From assembly GCF_001194135.2 (NCBI RefSeq), contig NC_068981.1, positions 79,789,534 through 79,853,533 on the forward strand: 64,000 nt of DNA. The letters run 5' to 3'. The notes below the pieces were generated by a model that saw only the letters and a list, made by a program, of their open reading frames with translations, was not told the origin of the DNA and did not search any database. A program made the position numbers and the translations under genes. The DNA is from Octopus bimaculoides. Lineage: Eukaryota. The stretch's first letter is position 1; every line of letters starts with the position of its first letter. Positions 1 to 14,500 of the stretch are shown one piece after another.

Positions 1-999
1 AATGGAAAGACAAGAACAACAAATTCTCTTCTCTTGACGCTTCAGTTGCCCATTAAACCCTACCTCCTTCCCACTGCTCACTCAACCCTAACAGTTAACA
101 TTGAACATTAACTACTCCAGCCTATTCTAAATATCTATATACCCAGGTGTGAAAAGCTCTCAAAAGACATTGGTCAATCTGAGGCCAGTGTGGAAGACAA
201 TTCTCCAATGTGTCATGCAGTAGGGTTGAACCTGGAAACACATGACTGCAAAGCTAACTTCTTAACCATACAAATAGATTATGTATAGAGAGAAGACCAG
301 CAGGAAAAAGAAAATATAAAAGTAATCCATCTCTAGGCAATCAGTACATTAGTTGTAGTAAAAAGAGCATTCTGATCTCATATCATGCTTTTGTTAATTG
401 TTTTAGGCATCTAAGTAGTTGTTAGCAGATACAGACACTTTCTCAGTCTTTCCACACATTGATCCAGGGGAATATGAAAGATGTGACAGCCAGAAAGATA
501 AAGTGTTTCACTATCACACCAGCTGAGTTGAATAGAGTAACATAAAGTGAAGTGCATTTCTCAAGGACACTGCCAGGTCCTGGAATTGAACCCATCAGAT
601 TATGATTATGAACCCAACATACTTGCCACTAGGACACTCAAAAGATAGTTAATAAAGAGTGAAACTAAACAAACCAGAAATTGTTTTCAATAAATCTACA
701 TTTAAACCCATCCATCAAAATTTCATGTGAATTTGTTTTAAAGAGCCAGCTTAAGAACAACAAACTTATTTCACTAATTTAGTGAAGCAAAGAGAGTAGA
801 TTTCAACAAAAATGTGGTAAACATACTTTTTCTCTCATCAATCTTAAGAGAATACTGTTTGTCTATAAATCCAAACTACAACTGGAGAGAAAATAGTTTA
901 AAAATGATTCTAAAGACAAGGCTACTTCAGACCTGATGTGTAAAATTTAGTTCATTGTAAATTAAGTAGAATAGTAAATCAATTCAGAGTTAAACCCAG

Positions 1000-1560
1000 C
1001 AAAATGAATCTGTGTTGAGCTGCCAATCCACCTTAATAAAACGTGAAATTGCAATTGTCTCACATAAGTCCACTTTGTTCATCACTCTTACAGTTACCAC
1101 TAGAGATTTTAACAATATATGGACAGAGTGGATGCTACAATAAATATTGCTCTCACTGTGACCATTGCAATACCATTTCACATAAGTACATCCAACAACT
1201 GAGGGCCACTAATGTGATCCCCTAAATTTCTTCTTCAAGCAACCACAACCAAGATGTATCTCACAATGCTGCACCAGGAACCGGTAGTAAGACAGGAAAG
1301 ATCTATTTTGTAGCTGTGGCATAGTTCAGCTGTTCTGTGAAAGATTCCAGCCAATCAGAGCAGGAGACATATGAATATAACGGCAATGATCTGCCTTAGC
1401 TGAAGGAACTCACTACAGCAGCGAAGTGACAGTTTCTTACTAGTTGTGGATTTGATGGCATAGAAGCAACATCACTTTCTTCGATATGACACATTTTCTA
1501 TGACCACCACCAACTACATGCAGCACATTTTATTAATATCAACTTCCACTTTGCTTCATA
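1000..1560 (-). mobile_element. Highly decayed Gypsy-like integrase remnant
   Basis: Frameshifted pieces FHR..YA..LQNRSFL, GPQL and NGIAMVT resemble rve integrase FHRIHIDYAGP / SDNGPQF / NGIxH. Confidence 0.35.
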
Positions 1561-2486
1561 TAAACCTCAGTGTATATACTAAGTTATGCGATTTTTTCCT
1601 GTCTCGAATATGCATATATTTGGTTCTCATTCCTATGCAAGATTAATCCTTGTTACCACTTGCTGGCACTCATTACACTACTGAATAAATTTCAATGTTT
1701 TTGTTTTATAAACTTCTGAATATTCTTTATTTATGCCTCTTTAAGAAACCACTGGAAATGGATTCTTTCTATGAACTGCCTTTAAAAAAATGCTAACTAC
1801 ACACATTATGTTACAACTCGAACAGGTTACACATAGGAGACAATTCTTCCAACTTACATTATTGACTCACATGTAACAAACATTTGTGTTCCATAGTTTT
1901 GGTAGGTTCCCAATTTCATGTTATGCAACTCTGCCAATAACAAATGTAGTTGAATGGTCTTCATCCTCTATATCTTCGAAGTACATCATATAGGATGTGA
2001 TGTTCAATACAACAGCAGTGGCAGGCAAAGCCTATCCTTTGTCAAGTAACAGTAGCAGAGATGGGTGGAGTGTATCTATAAATCCCTTTAATCTTATACT
2101 CATGTCATGAGATGGTTAGCCTGGGGTATATATCATCCAGATACAACTGATTAGAGCTACATAGTAACAACACAACCAGTGCAGTTATACAGATTTATTA
2201 CAAAGATTTATGATGTGTAATATATTACAAAATAATTTGACTAGTTTGCAACAAAAATAAAAGGAAAGAAAGATCTTTGGTAATGTTTTATAAACAAATA
2301 CATATAAAACAATGTCACAGTTGAATGTTATTCATGTTTGACACATACCCAGTTTACAGTCAAGCAACAATAAACATAGTAACTCCATTTTATGAAACAC
2401 ATAGTTTTAGAGGTAAATAAAGTCAACAAAACACTGAGCATGGAGTTACATAATACAATGTTTACCTACATATGCACATTATACAT

Positions 2487-2505
2487 TTGTGTGTGTGTGT
2501 GTGTG

Positions 2506-2570
<65 letters not shown>

Positions 2571-2755
2571 TGTATGTATAATTACAATTATGGGTTTAGC
2601 AAAAATTTTTGCTGAACCCTTAATTGTAATTATGTTTATAATTATAAAACTTTTGGATAAGTTTACCGGTAATGGTTTTTTAACATACTGAACTACTTCG
2701 TTCAATTATCAATTTATTAATTAATTATTAATTTTTACCCTATATCTGCAAAGAT

Positions 2756-2816
<61 letters not shown>

Positions 2817-2897
2817 CACATGCACACACACACATATATGTAATACATACAAACAAACATATAATACATAAACACACACACACACACACACACATGT
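2487..2897. repeat. Compound microsatellites (GT)n(TA)n(TATG)n and (TA)n(CA)n
   Basis: Read directly; similar tracts occur throughout the window. Confidence 0.95.
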
Positions 2898-4936
2898 ATA
2901 TGCCAAAAATGTTTTCAAAGAAACTCATGAACCAGAAACAGTAAAGGAAAAACAATGAACAAAGAAAATATCTTCAACATTAATTGTAGATCATTGATTG
3001 AATTTCCAGTTGCTAAGGTTACAAACATCATCAACCAAAGGATGACCCAAACAGTGTATTGCAACGATGTGGTATGTGGAATCCAGATGTGCTAATAAAA
3101 GGAGATCCCTTAGAGTTATATGTTAGGCTGGCTGAAGGTTAATTTGAGTGGCTAGAAGTAATTTTTATTACATTTAGGACATTTAAAATGATTCTCTTCA
3201 TCTCCTGTTTGCTGGGAGTACAATCATCATCATCGTTTAACATCTACTTTCCATGCTAGCATGGGTTGGACGATTTGATTGAGGACTGGTGAAACCGGAT
3301 GGCAACACCAGGCTCCAATATCCTTAATAATTTTAAGGCATTTTCAAATTTTTCTACACAAACTGTATGCATAGTGAACATTTAGTATCACGGATTTATG
3401 ATTTGCTCTATCACTTGTTTCCTTAGCAACAAAATTACAACGTGGATTATGTTGTTGGATGGTTAATTATAATTTAGCTAAATTTGAGATTTTGCATCTT
3501 TAGAAGAGTGTGGGTCATTAATCTTCACTACGAGAGCACACAAACACATACAGTAACACATAAGTATGGTAACCAGTGTAGCAGTAGAAATTTCTTGGTA
3601 AGAAGTGTTTGTTTGCATTGTAGTTTTGATTCCTAATTACAATTCTTTCACTTCATACACATCACTAATATCTTTGTGTGAAAGGCAAGAATGTTGTTAT
3701 TAACTTCCTTTAAATTCAACCTCTCGTCTTTATAATTGTTTTTTCAGCCATTCTTCTCTACCAAGTGATCCCTTTGTTAGCTTGTCATCTACTTGGATCT
3801 CCAGCTTATTTGCTAATACAGGTCTTATGACTCCTTTTCAGTGTATGTCTATAAGAACTGAAGTGTTTGCATTAACTAACAACAGAGAGTCCCTCTTGGT
3901 TATGCAAATAAGTAAGTTATTATATTATGGAGTGTCCACAATATGATATTAAAATTAATTTTCATTAATGCTCCTTAAAACCAAAATGTCAATGAAAAGA
4001 ATAAACAGCCAAAAAGGTTTGGTTAAACATTATAATAACTTCATGGAATAATGTGCAACATTAACAGGGAATGTCAACAGTTGAAATTAAAATAACTGAA
4101 AGAAAAATACAAAAAGGGAAACATTCTATAATGAAAAACCTAATTAACACTGAACATAATTACCTAAAATTTATGCATGTGGTACTAATAAATGTTTCAC
4201 TTTAAATAAATAATTCAACTAAAGATCTGTTTTGAAATTCAAAATCATCAACCAAAAGTAGTATCTTTATTTTACACACATAATGTCCCATATTAGCATA
4301 GATTTGGATTGTTTTGTAAAACCAGCAACCAACTTACACTATGACTAGATGTATTTTTTAATGTTAATTATTCAATTACAAAATAGGAGTGGTTAATGAT
4401 TATCATTTTCACACACTCAAACACACACACTCCCCCCCCCCCCACAAAGCTGATGATTCACTATATCACTACTCTCAGTTTCCTCATTTGTATGCCCCAA
4501 AAGGAATGCACACAAACAAGAAACCCAGCATAATGATAGAATGAATCACCTGTTTTGAATGAATGAATGAAATCTATGTGGATTGAATACTTTTGCTCTT
4601 GTTTGTACATCAAAATGTACATAACTTCTCTAAATTATTCTCAAGTACAAATCATCACTGTCTTAAATATTATGGTAGAGATTATGTATTTACAGTATGT
4701 ATTTACAATGTTTTATTCTTTTGGAAGCCCCTGTAAGGATCATTTTAGAGTTAGAAATTTTTTACTATATATGGAAAATAAATGTCACTCAGTGTTAGAA
4801 GATACAAGATATGAGTGTTTCTTCAATACAAGTAATCTATAGTTGCCTTGCAGAAACAGTTAAGTGACATCAAATATATCTAGGAATAAATTAGGAAAGA
4901 TTATCAAAACAATTTGTAAAATAAATAGGACTTAAT

Positions 4937-4964
4937 TTTATTTTAGAAATGTTTCAAATTTATT
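4937..4964 (-). terminator. Candidate SOAT1 poly(A) signals (two AATAAA)
   Basis: tttatt at 4937-4942 and 4959-4964, about 500 nt past the stop. The DNA is AT-rich, so these could be chance matches. Confidence 0.25.
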
Positions 4965-5463
4965 CATAAAGAGTTGTGTACCTAACTCTTTATATTTCCA
5001 ACTTAAAGCCAATAAGTTATACAAACTGATGAAATTAGTAAGCAACTGATAATGATAGAAGTATGGTTTCAGAAATGTCAAAATTATATCTAGCAACCAA
5101 AAATCTGATCCCTAAGTCCCCCCCCTTTTTTTTTTTTTTTTAAATATAAAATTTTGATAATCTTGAAGAATTAAAAATAAGAATTGAACAAAACTTGAGT
5201 CTAAAAAAATCTGATTCTGTAAAACAAAATTTTGGAAAACTGAGTCGACTTCTCTCATGGAATGGTAAGTCATTAATTATTAGATTCCACTCAAGCCAAC
5301 TAACAAGAAATTAACAAGTACTGAAGATTACCATAACATCTCAAGAGTTAACAGTTAGTATTTAGACTTCAAAGTCTAATTTTTAACAATATTTTCCTTT
5401 TTTTTTTTGAAGAGCAATCATGTTCAGAAAAGATGAAATTCAAGTCTGTAGTTTTTTCTCTCA

Positions 5464-5538
5464 TTAATCTGATTCATGCGGGATTCCAGAAAAATCACAT
5501 GTCCATGAACGAGGGATGAGGTAGTCAAAAAAGTCATT
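5464..5538 (-). CDS. SOAT1: SOAT1 terminal coding exon ([24 protein letters not shown])
   Basis: tttcag| acceptor; stop TAA followed by TGA; matches human FLDYVRPRSWTC. Confidence 0.95.
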   Translation of the reverse strand, partial: NDFFDYLIPRSWTCDFSGIPHESD

Positions 5539-8500
5539 CTGAAATATTCAAAGAAAAATTTTGAATGAAAGTTAAAATTTCATAAGTTTCTTCTTTTTTA
5601 GTACAACTAATAACATTTATTTTTTTGCTATTCAATAAAACTGTTTATTGCAAAAATGGGGGAAAAAAATCCGAAACTTAATAATGATTTCTAACAGTTA
5701 CAAAGCTTGAAATTTGGGATGAGGAGTTAATTTATTAAATTGAGCCTGCTATTTAACCACTACTTATTTTATCAACCCCAGAAAGATAGAAAGCAGAATG
5801 TGAGAAGACAGAATAAATACCAAAAGGTATTTGCTTGGCATTCCAATAATTCTGCCAATCTTTACAAACAAACACGATAATGAAAATGATAAAGTACTGA
5901 TAATTACATCCCCCATCCATAAACTTCAGGTATTTTTCAATACTCTAGTACTGAGTACTTCAAGTAAAAGCAATATTAATACTCACGGTAGTTGCAGGAC
6001 AGTTCTGACGAGCATACCATTCCAAGCTATAGAGACACATAAGGAGACCATTGCCAATGAACAGAGCAACCCACATAAATACATTCCAACTACGGGAGAC
6101 ACCTTTATCTGTTAGGAATACGAAACCAACTGGAAAAAAAAAAAAAAAAATGAATTCGATTTAAACTAAATAAGCCGAAATTTAGTATAGGCAATGGGAT
6201 AACACATTTATCAAAGTAACTGATAGTAATAGAATTTCAGGCATTACCAATGAAGACTTTCACTTTCAACAAACCATTTAATCTCATTTTATCTGTTTAA
6301 ATTTAACCCAATTCAGAGGATCTTCCAGAATTTGACTCATTAATGATAGATCTACAAATTGTCTATATCTTTCACTTATATGCACTCGCAGAAAGACTGC
6401 TTGGAGGGCGGTTTTCTGCTAGCCACTCGATAACATTTCCACAATTGATTCCAATTCTAATAATAGCGAAGTTATATAGCTATTATTAAATTATCATTAA
6501 TGAAAATAGAGGTGAGCAAGAATGAGAGACAGTCGCAAATAAAAATGTAAAATGTTGCCTGCAACGAATTAATAGTGTTTATTATTAAACATTAAAATCT
6601 ACTCTGCAATGAATATTTAAATTTGCAAGAATTTGGAGTTTAAAAAAAATCCAGTAAACTTCAGAAATCGAAATTACAGGTAATTTCTTAGAACATGAAT
6701 TTATAAAAACATTTCCAGACGGTCAAGCTTTTAATATTGCTTTCTTTTAGTACTTTCAGTAATTGTTACATACCTAATTAATAAGCAACTTTCTCTATTA
6801 TAGTATAGACATCTATGCTAATGACACAATTTCCTTTCTTTTCAATCATAAGGATCCCTTATTTTCAACATTAATAACAAGACTACACATTCTCTATTAC
6901 ATTCTGCAATGGGATTCAATAATATAGAGATACTGTAAGCTTTTTACATTGCTTAAAAAGTTACGTTTACCCCATGCAGTTACTGACACAAATCCACTAT
7001 CACAAACTATCTCTATGCTTGTTTCAGAAGGAAAACGTGTTGACTTTATTATGCATATGAATCTCCTAGTAAAACTACCCACACATAGGCTTCTTTCATC
7101 TTTCACCTTCAGCATTAGTGGCTTTCTGTCAGATTCTATTATCATAGAGTGTGTTGATGGACCTCTCTCTAACCCACACTATCAACTCTTGCACACCTCA
7201 AGAATCAGTTTTACCCCCAATATTCTTTCTCCTTAACATTAATGACTTATTTATAGTCACTCCTGACCATGACCACTTCTACACAGATGGTACTACCTTT
7301 CATTCTTCTGTTATCTTCTGCACTCAAAAGTCATCCACATACAATCCACTACTCTTGCATCTGGGATGGTACACACACACACACTAAAATACTGTCCACC
7401 AACCATTAACTATTGCATCCAGTCCTTCCGCCACAGAATATAAGTGCTTTAGAATGTTTTTCCTGCCAGCTGTTGACTTACAACTGTTTGAGAATACTAA
7501 CCCAGTTACTCTTACAAGATCTCAAATGGCTTTTGAAAGCCATTTCTCTTGCCCTGCCACCTATTTTTTCTATTGGTCCTACAAAGTTGAATTAAAAACT
7601 GAATTTAAAAGAAAATCATGATTATAAATGAAAAATAATAAAGAATGTTAATGCAAATGAAATCTACTTACATCCAGCTCCAGCAAACATGACAAACAAC
7701 ACCGGATAAAAAAACCCAAAAGACACAACTAGAACATATTCATGAAAAACAGCTGATATTAGGAACACACTGGTTAAGCCAACATTTCTCATTTTGTAAC
7801 CAAGAATCTGGAAATATAACGTTCAGAGAAAACTTTTCTTTTAATCATACTTCAAGTTACAAAGCAAAATGACAATAGTAGAATTTAAATTCAATAATAT
7901 ATATTGAGGGTAGATTTCTCTTGTTTGATAATGAGGATTATAGTTGTTGAATCAATTAAATTACTTGCTCCTGAATTAATGTGTAGGTGGTCAAGCATTA
8001 ATTATATCTACTCTTAATATAATTCTCAAGCAGAATCAGCATAACACAGGGCGTGTACAAGGCTGTCCCTTTGGAATTACAAGGTGCAATCCACCTGATG
8101 CAAGCTCATGGCTGTGAAACAAACACCTTAACTATTTGCCCATACTGAACCTACATGCACAAATACACACACTCACATACTGTTTTTTTTAAGATTGGTT
8201 ATTGTTCCATATTTATATTACTCAAAATTTTGCATTAGTCTTTAGATGGCACAGAAACTGTGACATGTTCTGAAACTTAATGCAATAGAATGTAGATTAA
8301 TTTGCTAAATGTACTGAATACTCATTACTTTGTTAGTAATACAAGTTTTCAAATATTACACTACAAAATGGTCGAAGATACCATGCAACCAAATTACACT
8401 TTGTTTTATTCAACATGGTGAATTAGTGAGAACACATAAAAACTTAAATGGCAACATAAGGACTAATTCCATCAGTCTGATGAACCTGCTACTGATAACC

Positions 8501-11500
8501 AACCATGTAACCCAGTAATACCCGCTCACAGTTAAATGGACATGACTAAACCAACCCCTTACTGAATTACCTAGCAAACAGGATTTAAAACCAAGACCTA
8601 TCATGGGGAGATGAGTTCCTCAAAACTATATCTTGGGGAGGAGACTGGCACCACCAAGAATAACAAATCCAATGAAACACTTGAATGAAGGTAACACCAA
8701 TATTCGATTGCACATTAGACTGCGTAAATTGAATGTATAAACAAAACCTTGACAGAAACAAGTGAAAATATTAGTAAAAGGAAAAATTGAGGTATTCCAT
8801 TGACAGATATACTGTGGGAATGACTTGACTTTTAATAGTAACATCATCAACAAGACTATATAAATGTTATTATCTCACTTTTGTATTCTAGTATTAAACA
8901 GTATTTTAGTTTGGGGATTGCAGAATGTTAATTTCATTGGTCTCATTTATTTATCATATTAAATAAAAAAAAAATAATGTATCTTACAATCTAAAGCAAG
9001 ATCTGAAAGATTTTAAAGCTCAAATGTATAGCATATTTTTCTCTGTCAAAATGTAGACTGTGCAAAGAAAAGTAAGGCTGAAACTAACAAACTCAAACTA
9101 TAAATAAAGCTAAAAACTTATATAAAACTGGAAAAAATGGAATACATGTAAAATGATATTTAACACTTTTGCAATAAGTTTACTCAATGAAATGTAATGC
9201 TTATTTATTCATTGTTTTGAATTAATCACGCATTGTCTCATAGCTTCAAGATTTTTATGGTGTGATTGTTTATTTTTAGAATGGCATTGAAGGGTAGGCA
9301 CGAGATGTAAGCTCTGGCCAGTTTGAACATAGAACAAGTAGAATATTTGGGCTGGATATGGCTTGTTTAAATGCTAAAGGGTTAAAGATATAATGAACAG
9401 GAAAAACTTTGGTAATATATTTAAATTACTTTTCAAAAACCAATTCTTTTATAAACAAAAATATTTTAAAATATAAAGTTGACCAACCGTGTAAACATCT
9501 TTGTATATGTAAGTGTACAGCCAATCATGAACGACAACATTCCATGTGCGGTAGTAATTGGAAAAAGTTGTTGAGTTCCACCAATCCTACCAATTAATCA
9601 TAAAAAACCAACATGAAAATGACTGAAAGTATTCAGATATACATAAGCAAACAATTTCTTACTTGTGGTTAAACATTTTTACATATTCCTTAATTTATGT
9701 GGTTGCAGTAACAATGAGTGCTGGGTCATGAAATGAGAACAAATGTCTCAATATCATTTTACAAAAGCAAATTTTGTTAGCAATTTATGTATACTGAAAC
9801 AAATATCTAGAGTCTTTTTAAAAATAACCTGCCAATTTTGTTTCTAGATTTACAATATTTTAAATAGAAACATCAACAGTTTTATATGAAATGGAACAAC
9901 AAAACAAAACAGGAGACACGTTTAAAAGCACCTAATAATGACTCATCTTTGGATTTTATATTTTTTTAGCATGTGAATTTTAGCAGGCATGGCTGTGTGG
10001 CAAGTAGTTTGCTTCCCAACCACATGGTTCCAGGTTCAGTTCCACTATGTGGCACCTTCGGCAAGTGTCTTCTACTATAGCTTCAGGTTGACCAAAGCCT
10101 TGTAAGTGGATTTGATAGACAGAAACTGAAAGAAGTCTGCTCTGTGTGTGTGTGTCTGCATTTGTCCCCACCACTGCTTGAAAACTAGTGTTGGTGTGTT
10201 CACATCCCCACAACTTAGCAGTTCAGCAAAAGAGACCGATAGGATAAGTACCAGGCTTAATAAAAAATAAAGTACTGGGGTCAATTTGTTGAACTAAGAT
10301 TCTTCAAAGCAGCACCCCAGCATGGCCACAGTCTAATGACTGAAACAAGTCAAAGATAAAATCGTTTATTAGCTCTTTTTTTTTGAAAGGAAGATACACT
10401 TTTGTATCAGACTTTGAAGTAAAACATACAAATGATAAGTTTATATGAGGCACTTAGTTTTCCTTTCTTTGAGCTACAGATATGGGTAATATAAAATGGT
10501 ATTCTATTGAAACTTAAAATGGTTAAACAATAATGTCATTCTAATTGCTTCAATAGCTTAAAAAGTACAATGTTAGAAAAAGCACAGAAAATAAAATTTT
10601 AAAAAAACAAAATTTCCCTACTTTATAGAAAAGACGGTCACCAAATCTTAACATTTCAGCAAATGCATTCAACCATGAGTGAAGTATGGCAAAGAACCCT
10701 GAAAGTCACCAGATAAAAAGAAAATTAAATCTTTCAAAATTAACTGTAGGACATTTAAAATTGGATTTTTCTTTAGAATTAATAGTGCAGGATTATACAC
10801 AGACTATAGATATCTTGTGTCAAAATAAGTGTTGTTCAAAATATGATATATTATTCACTTAATGATCTAACATAAATTATTTGGCCAGCTGAAACAGAAA
10901 AACTAAACATTCTTCCAGATAGTTCTACTGTATCAAATGTTACAACCAAGTTTCAGGTGTGGAAGCAAGGTCTAGAATTGAAGGGCCTTAGAGTCAACCT
11001 AGCTAAAACCAAAATCCTAATAAGTAGGAAGGTAGATAAAACACAAACCCCTTCAGGTAGATGGCCCTGCTCAGTATGTAGAAAAGGAGTAGGTAGTAAC
11101 TCTATAAGATGTACCCGGTGCAAGCTATGGACACATAAGAGGTGCAGCAACATCAAAGGCAGGTTAACTAGCAAGTTAGTTTTTGTTTGTGGCAGATGTT
11201 CAGGTGCAATAAAGACTGCAAACAAACAGGAAACAACTTCTATCTCATTCCAGGGTGAAAAACTAGAGGTAGTNNNNNNNNNNNNNNNNNNNNNNNNNNN
11301 NNNNNNNNNNNNNNNNNNNNNNNNNNNNNNNNNNNNNNNNNNNNNNNNNNNNNNNNNNNNNNNNNNNNNNNNNNNNNNNNNNNNNNNNNNNNNNNNNNNN
11401 NNNNNNNNNNNNNNNNNNNNNNNNNNNNNNNNNNNNNNNNNNNNNNNNNNNNNNNNNNNNNNNNNNNNNNNNNNNNNNNNNNNNNNNNNNNNNNNNNNNN

Positions 11501-14500
11501 NNNNNNNNNNNNNNNNNNNNNNNNNNNNNNNNNNNNNNNNNNNNNNNNNNNNNNNNNNNNNNNNNNNNNNNNNNNNNNNNNNNNNNNNNNNNNNNNNNNN
11601 NNNNNNNNNNNNNNNNNNNNNNNNNNNNNNNNNNNNNNNNNNNNNNNNNNNNNNNNNNNNNNNNNNNNNNNNNNNNNNNNNNNNNNNNNNNNNNNNNNNN
11701 NNNNNNNNNNNNNNNNNNNNNNNNNNNNNNNNNNNNNNNNNNNNNNNNNNNNNNNNNNNNNNNNNNNNNNNNNNNNNNNNNNNNNNNNNNNNNNNNNNNN
11801 NNNNNNNNNNNNNNNNNNNNNNNNNNNNNNNNNNNNNNNNNNNNNNNNNNNNNNNNNNNNNNNNNNNNNNNNNNNNNNNNNNNNNNNNNNNNNNNNNNNN
11901 NNNNNNNNNNNNNNNNNNNNNNNNNNNNNNNNNNNNNNNNNNNNNNNNNNNNNNNNNNNNNNNNNNNNNNNNNNNNNNNNNNNNNNNNNNNNNNNNNNNN
12001 NNNNNNNNNNNNNNNNNNNNNNNNNNNNNNNNNNNNNNNNNNNNNNNNNNNNNNNNNNNNNNNNNNNNNNNNNNNNNNNNNNNNNNNNNNNNNNNNNNNN
12101 NNNNNNGGCACATAAAAGACACCATTTCGAGCGTGGCCGTTTTCGTGCGGGTGACACGTAAAAGCACCCACTACACTCTCTGAGTGGTTGGCGTTAGGAA
12201 GGGCATCCAGCTGTAGAAACTCTGCCAAATCAGACTGGAGCCTGGTGTTGCCATCCGGTTTCACCAGTCCTCAGTCAAATCGTCCAACCCATGCTAGCAT
12301 GGAAAGCGGACGTTAAACGATGATGATGATGATGATGATGAAGGTTCCAAGTCCTAAAGTAAAGCAATACACCCAACACAAAGAGGTTAATGACAGTAAA
12401 AAACAGAAAAAAAAAAAAAAAAAAAAAAGACAGGATAGTTATAAATTATTTGAATGCTTGTAATTTTGGGTTCAAAATAACCCCTGCAGATCATTGAGAA
12501 TCTCAAATAACCTGGGTTAAATGGCTCCAAGTGAAATCAATACAAATCCAGAGTTGTGGATTGGTGAAACTGAGAATATCACACTGGATGCCTACTGGTA
12601 TTTGATCCAGCTCTATGAAACAGCTATTTTGCAGGGTAGTGTGTTTTGGTTTACTATAGATTCAATACAATTTAAGGTGTTTTTGAATTTGTTACAAAGC
12701 AATTATTATACACATACAGATAGATATACATACACTGTTGTTAAAACATTGTGCGCTTATCCATACAGGGACAAACACATGATGTGTTGTTAATGCAATG
12801 AACACACACAAAGGAAATGCCTTTTCCTACCCAGGACATACCTTTTTCCTCTCATCTTCATTTTACCTACTTTCCCATCCACCCAAATCTACCACTGCTG
12901 CTACCAGTGCTTTTGCATGCATTCATGATCATTCATCACACACACATATAATCATATACACAATCAAAGATACAAGGGAGAAGCACATGGTTGCATAGTA
13001 CAGACTTTCAAAGGGATGCACACACACACACACACACACTGACCAATTGCAATACAGATTTATCAAGAAGTACATTATCCAAGAAATCCTTTATTTCAAG
13101 ATGGCAAGGTGCAGTTTACAGAGGTCAAGCAACAACATAGATTGAGCAGGGCCTTTCCATTTTGTTCGATGACTTTTGCCATATTTCTAGCAACTTCATG
13201 ATTCTATGCTCATAGAACTTCTGGTCCTTATCAGCCAAAAACTGATGCAAGTACGATTTCAGGTCATCATCATTATTGAAAGTTTTACCATTCAAAGAAT
13301 TTTGCAGATTTCGAAATAAATGGTAATCTGATGGTGCAAGGTCAGGGCTGTATGATGGATGTGACATCACTTCCCAACCAAGCTCCAATAATTTTTCATG
13401 AGTTAGCAAAGACATGTGTGGTCTAGCATTGTCATGGTGGAACACAATTCCTTTATGAATTGCCAATTCTGGCCATTTTTCTTTGATTGCTTCCTCCAGT
13501 TTCATTAGTTTTTGAAAGTAAACATCTGAATTGATAGTTCCTTGGAAGCAGCTCAAAATATACAACACCTTTGTAATCCCACCAAATTGACAGCATAAGT
13601 GTTTTTGATCCAATTCAGCTTTCGATGTGGTTTGTGCTGGTTCATTACGCTTGGACCATGATTGTTTTCAATTAATGTTATTGTAGACAATCCATTTTTC
13701 ATCACCAGTGATGATAGCTTTCAAAAAAAGGTAATTTTCATTGCATTTGAGATGCATATCGCAAATATTGATTCCTTGTGTTAAGTGAATCTTTTTTAAT
13801 TTATGTGGAACCCAAATACCAAGATTCTTAATGAGTCCAAGACATTGTAAATGATTTTCAATTCTTGCGTGTGATACATTTAACTTATCTGCAATCTCTT
13901 GCACAGTCACATGACAATCAGATTCAGTTATGGCTTTGATTCGGTCATCATTAACTTCAGTAGGTTGATCAGAACATTGGTCACCTTTGAGTGAAAAATC
14001 TCCAGAGCAGAATTTTTAAAACTATTTCTGACATGTGTGTTCTGTTAAGCAATCAACACTATAAACTTCACATATCTTTTTGTGAGCCTCAGCAGCTTTC
14101 TTACCTTTATGGAAATTAAAAAAGCAAAATATGGGGAAAATTTCCGTTTTTGCACTCCATGTTAAAATGTTAAAATTGACACTAAACTAACAGCTGTAAA
14201 CAAAATTACATGCAATTTGCTTCTAAAGTAAGCAAAAAGTAAAGGCAATGAAATGTCAAAAGGAAAAAATCATAACATTGACAAAAGTCATTCAAAAAAA
14301 TCTGTAATTATTTGTAATTACTTTCTTGCCAACCCAATAGGTTGAACTGATTGACTAACTACTTATCTAATAGTTAATTAATTCTACTGAAAATAAAATT
14401 AAGCCTCTCAGAGATTGTTTGGAGTGAAAACATTAATTCTACTGACTCAAAAGGAATTTCTATGTCAATAAAATAATAATACTTATTAACCCTTTTACTA

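Noticed and set aside
984-1086. C/D-box snoRNA-like GTGATGA...CTGA on the minus strand
   Set aside because: No terminal stem; lies outside the gene within a retroelement remnant; expected by chance.
2466-2955. ORFs rich in YI/HT/CV repeats (and similar ones elsewhere)
   Set aside because: Translations of microsatellites.
9983-10060. tRNA gene
   Set aside because: The A/B boxes belong to a SINE head; no cloverleaf, and it continues into the SINE body.
11274-12106. Long ORFs in the track spanning N runs (also 43563-44215 and 54172-54873)
   Set aside because: Artefacts of translating gaps.
12250-12285. CTGAGGA-CTGGT-GAAAC on the antisense strand of the RTE tail as a hammerhead
   Set aside because: No stem II closing pair and no NUH triplet after stem III.
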